Source: Paludibacteraceae bacterium (GTDB lineage: Bacteria > Bacteroidota > Bacteroidia > Bacteroidales > Paludibacteraceae). From it: a stretch of DNA of 64,000 nt. Position numbers and translations under genes: made by a program. The stretch is from assembly GCA_024400125.1 (NCBI GenBank), contig JAKSNG010000004.1:20510-84509 (forward strand), read 5' to 3'. The notes below the pieces were generated by a model that saw only the letters and a list, made by a program, of their open reading frames with translations, had not been told where the DNA came from and ran no database searches. Position 1 is the stretch's first letter. The number at the start of each line of letters is the position of its first letter. Shown piece after piece: positions 27,614 through 39,000 of this stretch.

Positions 27614-28726
27614 TTATTTGATACGTTGTCCAAAGGCGTTATACTCTACTCCATTGGCAATAATAATCAATTGTCCGTTGCGGATAATCTTGCCCTCAGT
27701 AGATGTCATATTGTCTTCATCAGTAGGAATCACCTCCCAGCCAGACGATTGGCCTTTCCAGCCGTCGCTCTTACCAGGAACGAAACTTGCATCGGTGGAA
27801 GGCATCATGCAATCAAAGCAAACGGCTTCGCCGGCTTTTTTACCCCAGATGTATTCTGCTAAGAATGGATAATCAATAAACGGATTGCGGTTGCCTTGTG
27901 TTTGTTGAATACCATTATTGCGGTCAATCTCTTTTTGAGAAACAGGGTCTTCACGATGCCACTTCATCAAAAGAGCTACGCCATAAGCTGTCAAACCATA
28001 GTTATTGCTTTTTGTAGCATTTTTGTTACATGAGAACATTTTATTTCCCGAAGTAAAACTATAATTACTATACCAATGAACCAAAGTTCCGAAATAGCCA
28101 CGGGCAAAATCGCCTTTATATTCATCTATTGGTTCAAATACGGTTCCAGAAGCAGATACTGTGCCACCAGCCGCAGTACAGATAGTTTTTTCTTCTACCT
28201 TGATTGAAGATACAGAAGAACCTAATTTATTGCCATTATAGGTATATGTTGCACTCTTAACTTCACCAAAGTCATTATTAGAACGCATACTGTTCACTTT
28301 ACCATCTGTCGGTACTAAGTGGAAGATATCACAGCCACAGCCCGACTCCGTGTCTCCAAACCAAGATTTTGGAATAGAGTGCTCACGATTATAGCAATCG
28401 CATTCGTCGCTATAATTACCACATTGATCATTTTTGTATGTAAAATTACACTCCCCATACATATCCCATATTTTGCCTGCATCAGGATGTCCTTGAGGAT
28501 ACACATCCGTTGTTTTATAAGCTGTCCATAAACCTTTATACGTTAATGTAGAAAAGCCCTTAAGACAAACAGTGTTGACACTTTTCCACAAGTTGTCTCC
28601 GCTTTGACCATCAACACTTTGATAGTAAGCAGGGATTTGGGAGGCAGGAGTTACAGAACCTGCACAAACTAAACTACTCCATCCTAAGCCAAGAATGAGA
28701 GCTAAAGAAATTGATAATTTTTTCAT
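27614..28726 (-). CDS. secreted endonuclease I family nuclease, paralog 4 of 4
   Basis: Signal peptide. Motifs YNREHSIPKSWFG, DIFHLVPTDGKVNSMRSN, FEPIDEYKGDFARGYF, NRNPFIDYP, and the same tail. Confidence 0.85.
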   Translation of the reverse strand: MKKLSISLALILGLGWSSLVCAGSVTPASQIPAYYQSVDGQSGDNLWKSVNTVCLKGFSTLTYKGLWTAYKTTDVYPQGHPDAGKIWDMYGECNFTYKNDQCGNYSDECDCYNREHSIPKSWFGDTESGCGCDIFHLVPTDGKVNSMRSNNDFGEVKSATYTYNGNKLGSSVSSIKVEEKTICTAAGGTVSASGTVFEPIDEYKGDFARGYFGTLVHWYSNYSFTSGNKMFSCNKNATKSNNYGLTAYGVALLMKWHREDPVSQKEIDRNNGIQQTQGNRNPFIDYPFLAEYIWGKKAGEAVCFDCMMPSTDASFVPGKSDGWKGQSSGWEVIPTDEDNMTSTEGKIIRNGQLIIIANGVEYNAFGQRIK

Positions 28727-28777
28727 ATCAAATACGTGTTTTTATGTTATTTTTTATGTTAATTTCGTAATAGGCGA

Positions 28778-28785
28778 CAAAGGTA
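28778..28785 (-). promoter_or_regulatory. -7 promoter element upstream of the nuclease array
   Basis: The minus strand reads TACCTTTG, 52 nt upstream of the ATG at 28726. A partial -33 (cTTG) lies 20 nt further upstream. Confidence 0.55.
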
Positions 28786-28900
28786 CTATTTTTTTCTTAT
28801 ATATGCAAGTGCGCGCGCGTTTTTTTTACAAAAATGTGTGTTTTGAGACTTTTCGCAAGGGTTTTTCGATGTAATTCTTGCATTTATAAGAATAAATTTG

Positions 28901-28908
28901 TACTTTTG
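28901..28908 (+). promoter_or_regulatory. -7 promoter element for the 242-aa gene
   Basis: TACTTTTG followed by CAG, 35 nt before the ATG at 28943. Confidence 0.55.
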
Positions 28909-28942
28909 CAGCATAATTGGAGAAGTATTCACATAAAATATT

Positions 28943-29671
28943 ATGAGACAGTTTAGTGTAATCATTATTCTTTTATTATCCGCAATCATCGGGGTTGCTC
29001 AAAATACCACAGGCGAAATCGCAACGGATACCATTGCCGTAACAGACACAATTATAAAACCAAAATATACGTTTGGTACGTTTTTTAACCACTTGACACT
29101 ACCTCTGGAATTAGGTTGTGCTTGGAGTGCACAGGTAGGAGAAGAACGACCAGGGTTTTACTTCAGAACGAGTTTAGAATATCGAGACATAAAAACGGCG
29201 AGTTGGGTAGTAGCTATTGAGTATGATACCTATACGCGAAAGTATAAAAATTACCACTTTGACGATAATAACACCATCAGCGGTGACGAAATAGTTAAAG
29301 ACATCTTTGTAGGAGGCGGCTACCGTTTCCCATTGCTGAAAAATTGGAGAGAGTATCTCAAAAATCCGTACTACAACAATGTGTGGAGTTTGTGTTTGAT
29401 GGCATACATCGGCACAACCAATTCGTCTCTTAAAAACGTAACAACAACCAATGAGAAAATGGCAGATGGAAACCCTGCATACATATTGACAAAAGATAGC
29501 AAATGGGTCCCATCAATGAAACTGCAAGTGGTGTGTGATTACTCAATTGACTATAGCGTAAATATATTCTTTGGATGTGCCTATATGCAGCATTTTATGC
29601 ACACGAAGTTAGAAACTAATTATGCAGGAATGTTTATTGTCAGTGGTGGTATTACCTGCTTCTTCCGTTAA
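28943..29671 (+). CDS. hypothetical secreted / small outer-membrane-like protein
   Basis: 242 aa with a signal peptide (IIILLLSAIIGVAQ), beta-rich and aromatic-rich. No family recognised. Confidence 0.55.
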   Translation: MRQFSVIIILLLSAIIGVAQNTTGEIATDTIAVTDTIIKPKYTFGTFFNHLTLPLELGCAWSAQVGEERPGFYFRTSLEYRDIKTASWVVAIEYDTYTRKYKNYHFDDNNTISGDEIVKDIFVGGGYRFPLLKNWREYLKNPYYNNVWSLCLMAYIGTTNSSLKNVTTTNEKMADGNPAYILTKDSKWVPSMKLQVVCDYSIDYSVNIFFGCAYMQHFMHTKLETNYAGMFIVSGGITCFFR

Positions 29672-29705
29672 CCTGACACACAACACGAAGACAGAATAAG
29701 AAGAA

Positions 29706-32700
29706 GTGGAAATCAGTGAAATATATGATGCATTAAAGCGCCCGCTACCCAAAGTGGCAGGGCATATTTTGTTCACTGGTCTATATGCATCGTCCAGAGC
29801 AATTGTACTCAGCCAAATGCGCGAGCACACGATTTTGGCTATTCTCGACTCACAAGACGAAGCACAATATCTCTATTCTGACTTAAAAGCATTAGGCGCC
29901 AACGCACTTTATTTCCCCACATCACATCGGAGACGGCAGGGAACTGATGAAGCAATGGCAATACAGCGAACAGAAGTGCTCTCTACCCTATTGCAGCCTC
30001 ATCAAGAGAATCACATCATTGTCACCTACCCCGAAGCATTAGCGGAAGAGACACCTCTGCCAGACGAATTAAACAGGAATACTATCACACTCCACCAAGA
30101 CGAATCTGTTGGGTTAACTGGACTCATTGAAACACTATTAGAATTGGGATTTGAGCGTGTCGATTTCGTATATGAACCTGGGCAATTTGCCGTTCGCGGA
30201 GGTATTATTGATATTTACTCATATAGCCATGACGACCCGTACCGAATAGACTTCTTTGGAAACCAAATAGATAGTATTCGCACGTTCGATATTGAGACGC
30301 AATTGAGTGATAAGCGTGTAAACACAATAGATATTGTGGGCAATCAAGAATCGGCTTCGGAGTCACAACAAACGGCATCTTTGCTGCATTATCTTCCTAA
30401 GCAAACCTATTGGGTAAGTAACGATTGGAGCGTTGTAAATTATAAAATAGATAGCCTTGAGTTTCGTGTAAACAATCAACATCTATCGCAGTATCTAGAG
30501 ACGATAGACACCATTGAAATTGCTGCTAAAAGTTATTTTACATCATACTCCAAAATTGAGTTCAACACATTACCTCAACCTATTTTCCATAAGAATTTTG
30601 AATTGCTACAGCAGGATATTGACGCCAAGATTCAAGACGGATACCGTGTGTATATATGCGCTGAACAAAAGAAGCAATTGGACCGATTAGAAGCAATCTT
30701 AGAAACGGCATTTACACCTGTTCAAGGTACATTACATGCTGGATTTGTAGATAATGATCTCAAGATTTGCTGCTATACAGACCATGAGATTTTTGAGCGT
30801 TATCATCGTGTGACTTTGCGGTCAGAGAATGCACGTCGAGGAAAAGCCGTCATCACGCTCAAGGAAATCAATCAATTACAATTGGGCGATTATGTGGTGC
30901 ATAGCGATCATGGAATTGGTCAATTCGGAGGATTAGTGACGACGACTGTTAATGGGAAACGGCAAGAAATGATTAAGCTCACGTACCGCGATGGAGACAC
31001 TATCTTTGTATCTATTCACAACTTACACAGAATCAGTAAATACAAGGGAAAAGAGGGTTCTGCTCCTACGATTAGTAAGATAGGTTCTGGAGCGTGGGAG
31101 CGCATCAAAGAGCGCACAAAAGACAAGGTCAAAGACATCGCACGAGACCTTATTCGACTATATGCTACACGTAAACAACAGAAAGGTTTTGCCTATACTC
31201 CCGACGGATACATGCAGCACGAATTAGAGGCTTCCTTCTTGTATGAAGATACTCCAGATCAGGCTAAAGCGACCATTGATGTGAAGCGCGATATGGAAAG
31301 TCCAATGCCTATGGATAGATTGATATGCGGTGATGTTGGATTTGGGAAAACAGAGATAGCAATGCGTGCTGCTTTTAAGGCTGCTACCGATGGTAAACAA
31401 GTCGCCGTTTTAGTGCCCACAACAGTACTTGCGCTACAGCACTACACCTCCTTCAAAGAACGATTCAAGAATTTCCCAGTTAGAGTGGAATATCTATCTC
31501 GCGGTAAGTCGCAGCAGCAAGTCAAAGAGATTCTCTCAGACCTCGAAACAGGAAAGATTGACATATTGATTGGTACTCACAAATTAGTTGGTAAAACCGT
31601 TAAATGGCATGACTTAGGGTTGTTGATCATTGATGAGGAGCAGAAATTTGGTGTAGCAGTCAAAGACAAGTTGAAGGCATTTAGAACGAATGTGGATGTA
31701 CTAACATTAACAGCCACTCCTATTCCTCGCACACTGCAATTCTCATTACTTGGAGCTCGTGATTTAAGTGTAATGACTACTCCACCCCCCAACCGTTACC
31801 CTGTACAGACTGAAGTCATAGGAATTGAAGATGAAGATATTATTAAAGAGGCTATTGACATTGAGATGGAGCGCAACGGACAAGTTTTTGTCGTGAATAA
31901 TCGCATTGATATGCTGCCTCGAATCGAAAACCGTATCCGTCGTTTGTGCCCAGAAGCGCGAATTGTGGTAGCACACGGACAAATGCCTACAGAAGAGATG
32001 GAGCAGCGATTGGAGGATTTTATCAATTACGACTACGATGTGCTTATTTCAACCACGATTATTGAATCAGGTGTTGATATTCCGAATGTCAATACGATGA
32101 TTATCTATTCCGCACAGCACTATGGATTAGCAGACTTGCACCAATTGCGTGGACGTGTAGGACGCAGTAATCGCAAAGCATATTGTTATTTAGTAACGCC
32201 AGAGCGCGAGTTACTAACTCCTGATGCCAGAAGGCGATTAGATGCCATATCCACTTTCGCAGAATTAGGTTCAGGCTTCAATTTAGCTATGCAGGATTTA
32301 GATATTCGTGGTGCAGGCAACATGTTAGGGGCAGAGCAGTCAGGGTTCATTGCCGAATTGGGCTATGAGACTTACCAACGTATTCTGAATGAAGCTGTTG
32401 AAGAATTAAAAGGAGAGATACTCGGTGTTAGCCAAGACACGTCGGAGCTAGAACAAACATCTTTAGGTGGCTTAGCTAATATGGGTAGTCAGAATTGGTG
32501 TAGCGATTCACAATTAGAGTCTGACTTGTCGCTATGTTTCCCACAAGATTACATAGAAAATATCTCTGAGCGTATCACATTGTATAAAGAATTGGATAGT
32601 CTTAGAAACGAAGAAGAGTTAACCGAATATAAGAAACGACTGATTGACCGTTTTGGTCCATTGCCAGAGGCGGCAGAGGATCTGACGAATGTCGTTCGAT

Positions 32701-32969
32701 TACGTTGGATATGTTGCCGCATGGGTATTGAAAAGATTTTCCTCAAAGGAGAACGAATGAGTATCTTCTTTATGACGACCAATGATGCTTATTGGCAATC
32801 TGAAATCTTTGGCAAGATATTAGACTTTGCCTATCAGCGTCCGCAGAAATGTCAATTTCACGAACCAGTTGACAAACAAGGTCACAAGACTGGCAAACGA
32901 TACCTCACCATTGACCACGTCAAGACATTGGCAGGTGCTATACATTTACTCAGCAAGATAGAGGAATAA
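29706..32969 (+). CDS. mfd: transcription-repair coupling factor
   Basis: 1087 aa with Walker A GDVGFGKTE, DEEQKFG and TATPIPRTL. The annotated start is GTG, so the exact start is uncertain. Confidence 0.95.
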   Translation: MEISEIYDALKRPLPKVAGHILFTGLYASSRAIVLSQMREHTILAILDSQDEAQYLYSDLKALGANALYFPTSHRRRQGTDEAMAIQRTEVLSTLLQPHQENHIIVTYPEALAEETPLPDELNRNTITLHQDESVGLTGLIETLLELGFERVDFVYEPGQFAVRGGIIDIYSYSHDDPYRIDFFGNQIDSIRTFDIETQLSDKRVNTIDIVGNQESASESQQTASLLHYLPKQTYWVSNDWSVVNYKIDSLEFRVNNQHLSQYLETIDTIEIAAKSYFTSYSKIEFNTLPQPIFHKNFELLQQDIDAKIQDGYRVYICAEQKKQLDRLEAILETAFTPVQGTLHAGFVDNDLKICCYTDHEIFERYHRVTLRSENARRGKAVITLKEINQLQLGDYVVHSDHGIGQFGGLVTTTVNGKRQEMIKLTYRDGDTIFVSIHNLHRISKYKGKEGSAPTISKIGSGAWERIKERTKDKVKDIARDLIRLYATRKQQKGFAYTPDGYMQHELEASFLYEDTPDQAKATIDVKRDMESPMPMDRLICGDVGFGKTEIAMRAAFKAATDGKQVAVLVPTTVLALQHYTSFKERFKNFPVRVEYLSRGKSQQQVKEILSDLETGKIDILIGTHKLVGKTVKWHDLGLLIIDEEQKFGVAVKDKLKAFRTNVDVLTLTATPIPRTLQFSLLGARDLSVMTTPPPNRYPVQTEVIGIEDEDIIKEAIDIEMERNGQVFVVNNRIDMLPRIENRIRRLCPEARIVVAHGQMPTEEMEQRLEDFINYDYDVLISTTIIESGVDIPNVNTMIIYSAQHYGLADLHQLRGRVGRSNRKAYCYLVTPERELLTPDARRRLDAISTFAELGSGFNLAMQDLDIRGAGNMLGAEQSGFIAELGYETYQRILNEAVEELKGEILGVSQDTSELEQTSLGGLANMGSQNWCSDSQLESDLSLCFPQDYIENISERITLYKELDSLRNEEELTEYKKRLIDRFGPLPEAAEDLTNVVRLRWICCRMGIEKIFLKGERMSIFFMTTNDAYWQSEIFGKILDFAYQRPQKCQFHEPVDKQGHKTGKRYLTIDHVKTLAGAIHLLSKIEE

Positions 32970-32970
32970 T

Positions 32971-33003
32971 AATAAACGCCATCTTTTTCGGATGGCGTTT
33001 ATT
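32971..33003. terminator. bidirectional intrinsic terminator between convergent mfd and the giant gene
   Basis: A perfect 13-bp stem, AATAAACGCCATC / GATGGCGTTTATT, with loop TTTTTCG. The flanks are A/T-rich on both sides. Confidence 0.85.
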
Positions 33004-33038
33004 GTATATTGTTGCAATAGTGATTTGCAACTTGTCCG

Positions 33039-36000
33039 TTATGGCACGATTATCAACTTTCCACTAAGGATATTCTGTTTTCCGCCAGCATAGAATCCAT
33101 AGAAGTAAATTTGATTTGGATTGACATCTATGATTACACCCGACTGAGCGTCAACCACATCTGTCAGTATATCTCTGCCATTAGCGTAGGTTTGAATAAC
33201 CGCGTCGTTTTGACTGCAAGTAGGCATATTCTGAATATACTCTACAAGGTGTCCTTGTTGGTCATAGAGTGCAAAATCTACTTCTTTGCGGAGTGAAGCC
33301 ACAAGGATTTGGTATCCGCCGTACAAACGTTTAATCAGTACATCGTCCGTAGTTGCAGTTTGTGACTCATTCAGGGTTGTATTCGTGAAGAGGATGTAAT
33401 AGATTCTATCTACGCCATCTTCTGCCGTACAATAAATCAGTGTAGTGTCCCCTACTTGTGCCATCTTAACGGTCACCTCAGCCTTTGCATGATGTGCCTC
33501 TGCGGTCACGTTAGGTGCAAGACCTCCTTCTGGAACGTAATACGTATAGAACGTCTTTTCGGGGTCAAAGTCACGTAGCGGTTGTTCATCTAAGAAGATA
33601 TTCTTGAGATAATTGTCGTGTGATGGACCTATTACCTGAAGAATCGTATAGGTGTTCACAATCAGCGTGTCTTGTGCTTGCACATTAATAGTGAACGTCA
33701 TCGCGGAATCTTGATGAATCGTATAATGTGCTAACGAGTCTGAGAGTGTCACCTTAATGTTTTCTAACGTGTACATTTGGTCGATTGTCGTTCCATCTTC
33801 CCAAGTGATTTCATAATCGTACTCGTTTGATTTGAAGCCCATCATAGGCACGTCGTTGAAGTAGATCATACTCAAGTTAGCATCTGCTTTTTGCTTGAAG
33901 ACATACGTAATGTTGTAGGTATAGAACATGGTGTTGTTGTATGGGAATACCGTAATCGTTTGGATTTTGGAATTCTCTGTCAATTCCATTACTTCGCCTA
34001 TTAGGATAGTTTGACAATCTTCAGATGCAATCGGCATTACCGTTGGTATAGTATCTACTCCGTATGGTATTTCAATCGTATAGTCTTGACGTAAGGAGTC
34101 AAATGGTACAAAGTAGCCATCGGAGAAGAGCAGATTATGCAAGAAGAAGTTATCACTGGACTTAGGCTCATAAATGAGACGATAGGTCTCGGATGTCTTT
34201 CCGTCTTCTGCCGTAACATGGATATAGACTGTGTCCGATTCATTTTCAGAAGACACAATTTCCAATTCCACTTTTTGTGCATCGTGTTTCTTCACCCATG
34301 TGATTACAGGAACGGACTCCTTGCAGTTCAGTGGCTCGCCACGATAAAAGAGTTGCTCTGAGACGAATCCTGACAGGTTCACGCCTTTAGCCATAATCAT
34401 ATTCAAGGACGCATCGGACGACTTCTTCATAGAGAAGTGAATGGTATAAACACGTGTTTTTCCGCTTTGTGCTTGAACGACTACTTCAATCTTTTGATTA
34501 ACGGCTTTTACGGAGTCAGGTAATTCTTCAGAAGAAGTCTCTTGAACTTGTGACATATAGACTGTTTGGAATTGGTCTCCTTGTGCGTAGAACACTTCTG
34601 GCAAAGAAGTAGCAGTTGCCTCCAGCGTATAGTAATAGTCCATTACATGGCTATTGAAATTCGCTAATGGTTTATTATCTACATAGAGCATCTGCAATGT
34701 ATCTACTTCAGAAGGCAGAATCACATACGAAATGGTATAGGCTTTTGTGTTGCCTGCTTCAGCAGTCACATTGATTTGACGAATCAGTTGATTTTCATTC
34801 CGTAAAACTGTCGTTGAATCCACTTGTTGCCATTCATCTGCCACATCCCAACTGAGGTCTGGGAAGGCAGTTGTTCCAGGGGCTAACGTATCCTTATAAT
34901 TGAAGATATGAGGATTAAATTCAGGTAATAATAGACCATCTTCATAAATTGCAAACAAGGTATCTGCCGTAGAGCGTTCAAACTCAAATACGACCACATA
35001 AGTAGATGTTGTTCTGCCATCTTCTGCTGTCACACGAATAGTAGCTCTATTCTTATCTGCTTCGATTACAGGCTCTGTTACCACTTGGTTATTTTGTCCC
35101 TTTTGTGCCACTATTTCTGGTAGAGTATGTACACCAACAGGCAATGTCACTAAGTAGTAATAATAGTCTGGAGTAAAGCCATCAATAGAATCGCCATCAC
35201 AGAATATCATGCTCAAGTTAGCATTTGAAGACAATGGAACAGCGAAATTCAGCGCGTAGGTATTTGTATTGATACCATCTTTTGCTGTCACATCCAAGTA
35301 GATATTTAATCCGTCATGGCGAATATTTACCTTTTGCCCATCCATCTGCATAGTTGCGCTCACTTCTGGCAGAACAGTAGTTCCTGAAGGAAGATTGATG
35401 TCATATTGATTCTTCATCGGAGAGAACTCCAATTTATTATTTAATGCGCGCTCAAAGTCTTTGAACTCTACCCCATTCAGCAAGATGTTTTTAAGAGTTA
35501 CATCGTTGGAGAGCGAAGCCACATACACATCCACCACATAATCCTCGGTGGTTACGCCATCTTGAGCCACTACATGAATCGTATATTCAGAGCTGTTAGA
35601 TGGAATCAGTGTTACCTCTTGGAAACAATCATCAGAAGACCAAGATATCGCAACTTCCTCATCATTAACAGATACCGAATAGAAGTGACGTCCTGCTTCG
35701 AAACGTTCCACAGGTTGTCCGTTAACGACAATACCCGTCAAATCGGCATTGTGGCTTGGTTCAGACTGTACCGTCACCGTATAGAGTTCCTCTGCCATAC
35801 CGTCAGCGGAACGCACTGTCAAGTAAGTAGGCTCAACATTGAGTTTGCCTAATTCAAGACCGACTGTTTCTTTGCTATCCGAAACCGTGTAAGTGAGCGA
35901 CGGCATTTGCGGCTCAGCCACTTTGATGGATGGTGTCGGCAGAGTTACCACATAGTCAAATGAATCAGCACGGAAGCCTTCAATCAATACCTTGTTTAGA

Positions 36001-39000
36001 TAGATACCATCTAAGGTAGCGACTTGCGACTTAACTGGTGATACTTGCACTTTGTAAGTCTTTGTAGCTGTGCCATTGGCAGCAGTCACGAGAATATTGT
36101 AGGTAAAGACGTCTTCTTCAGGATGAGAGATTTGAATGGTTTGTTTACTCTCTGCCCCAATCACTTCTAATGCAATAGCCGTATCTGAATACAGTTTATA
36201 ATCCGTAATTTGTGGATTGAAATCTTGTATTGTGACGCCATCAACTAAGATGTTTGCCAACATCGCATTGTCGGATAGCGTAGTCGGATAAGTCAATGTG
36301 TAGGTGTGTTGAGCGTCTTTTCTGCCATATACATCCCACGTCATATTCTCTTTCGTCTGCGTATATACGACAGAGTCGGACTCGTCTGCACGTACGAAGG
36401 CGGTTAACGTTGGGCGCTCACGAGTAATCGCATATTGTTCCCCACCCAATCCACTCTCAGGTATTCCATTGAACTCAAACGAACTAATCTGAGCAGAGGT
36501 AGTTGAATCAGGAATAATTCGATATAAGCCTTTAGTAATTCCGTCTTCTGCTGTTACCGTGAAGACACCTTCATTCCAACTTACTACTTGACCATCACTT
36601 TCTTTGATAAACGATTTAATTGCAGGCATCGTTTTGGATGTTAAGTTATAGTCTCTGATAGAAGGATTAAAATCTACGCCAGTTGCTTCAATATGAGTTA
36701 ACTTGGTACTATTAGATTTCTTCTCTACGAAATGGATGATATAGGTTTTTGTGTCGCCTGTTTCTGCTTGAACATCTATGATAGCATTTTGTTCCTCATA
36801 GCGAACACTTACTCGCGCATGATGACTTGTTGGAATAACATACACATCTGGCAACGTACGTGTTCCGTTCGCTACAAGATAGTCATATTCGGTTACATTG
36901 GCATCAAAATTAGGAAGAAGTGTACCATTAACCATCACTTGTGACAACGTGTTAACCGCAGATAAAACACGAGTTACAGTAAGACTATAGTTGCTATACG
37001 AGCCGTCCTCTGCATAGTTACGAATAGATGCTGTACGTACGCCATTGATTTCGTCTCCCCAAGTTACAAGTGGAGATTGGTCAGGTTTTTGACCGACTAT
37101 CTTCAGTTCAGGCAATTTGGAATATTCTGGATTGGAGATATTGTAACTCATTGCATTTCCGGATATGGCAACAGCCTCACCATCAATTGTAGCCGAAGCA
37201 ATAGTAGAGTTAAAGAGGAAACGCAAGTTACGAATATCTAACTCCGCTGTACGCTTGGTTGCTCCGCCCAAATCCTTAGCATTATCCGAATGGGCAGAGT
37301 TGACAGTTATATTCATTTTCTTAATCAATCCTAATCCCGAATAGTTCAAGTCTTTAATCATTGTTTGCCATACATTTTTAGTGGCATACGATCCGCTATA
37401 GAGAGTCTGCACTCCTTTTGAACCATCATTCAGTTCTACCCACAAACGCCAATTGTTCATATCGGAAGCAGCTGTTGGACGATATTCGCAGAAGATTTGG
37501 TCGGGGGTATTTCTATATGTAATTCCTCCCGAAACAGATGATGTTGAGTTACCTGACGATTTTAATGTCAATGCCAATGTTCCAATCGTCATAATTCCAG
37601 GAATAGAACCATAGATGGCATTTGCATCTCCATCACGCCAAGTAGAGAGATGAACACCTCCACCTGCTAAAGCAGTTACTTCTTGACCAGTAGTTGTCTT
37701 AAGGAATGTCCATGAGTACGAATCTGCGCAATCTGCTGGTACCATCCAACCTGTAGGTTTTTGTTTGCTATTGTATTTTGTGGGTGACCATGATTGGAAA
37801 TTATCGCTCGGAATTTGGTCATTCACGAAATAGTAATACACACTATATTCGTTGGTGTAATCTCCTTGTCGAACGGTGAAGACGATATGTTTATCATCTT
37901 TCTCTTTCTGTTGCACCTCCACGCCTTCTACTTGCATTGTAGTAACAGATGGAATATTGGTTACAGGAACGACATAACTATATCTATCTGGTTGGAACTC
38001 CTCAATTTCTACATCATCAACTAAGATACCTGTCAAAGTCGCAGGGTTATACCTAATCACATTTGGTTTGATAGTATATACCGTTGAATCTTCGTTTGGA
38101 CGATTGGAATATACCGTCAATATCGTAGGTAAAGTGACACCACCGTATGTAACAGCTACAGTTTGCTCAGGAAAACGCTTGGTATAAGCCACATCCATAT
38201 CCGAAGTACCGTATGGCAACTCTACCTCAAAATCAGTTGCTCCAGAGGATAAGTCTAATGGTTCATCGTTGACCAAAATAGAAGCCAGCACATTGTCCAA
38301 CGTAGAAGGCAGCACTTCAAACGTGAAGGAATAGGTCACTTGATTGCCATTTTCTGCGGTAACAATCAATTTGCTCTCTTGATTCAATGGTGCAGCAATA
38401 TATTCTACTCGTTGTTCATCTTGCGTCTCAAAATCAATCATTGGAGCGGCTGTCGTACCGTATGGCAAGTGAACAAGATATGTATATTGTTTGGGTTTAT
38501 AAATAAAGTCTTCTGCTTCTGCGATTAGGATGCTACTGAGTGCCGTATTACCTGACTTGCGGACGGGGAACTCGATTTGATAATCGCTAAATACACCATT
38601 GTCGGCAACCACATGAATACGAGCAGTACCATTAACTGCACAGAAATAGGTCGTAATCGTTTGGTTAGGCAATTGTCCTACGGCTTGAATATTGGGAATA
38701 ACACGTGTGCGCCACTCTAATGTATCGATGTACGCATGGACAGCAGGATCAAAGCCTTCCAATGGTTCACCATCTAACAAGATGGTTTGCAGCAGGCAGT
38801 TGCCCGATTGCGTGCGCGTATATTTAATAGCGTACGTGCGCGTGCTGCCGTCTTCAGCGGTGACTTGCACTTGTTGCTCATCTGCAGAAACTTGATAAAG
38901 CATCGTAGTTTGTCCAGGTTTAGCAGTAACTGTCACATCCGGCAATTGTTCTCCATCACTAATAGCAATGAGATATGTCGTTTGTTCTGGATTATAGGTC

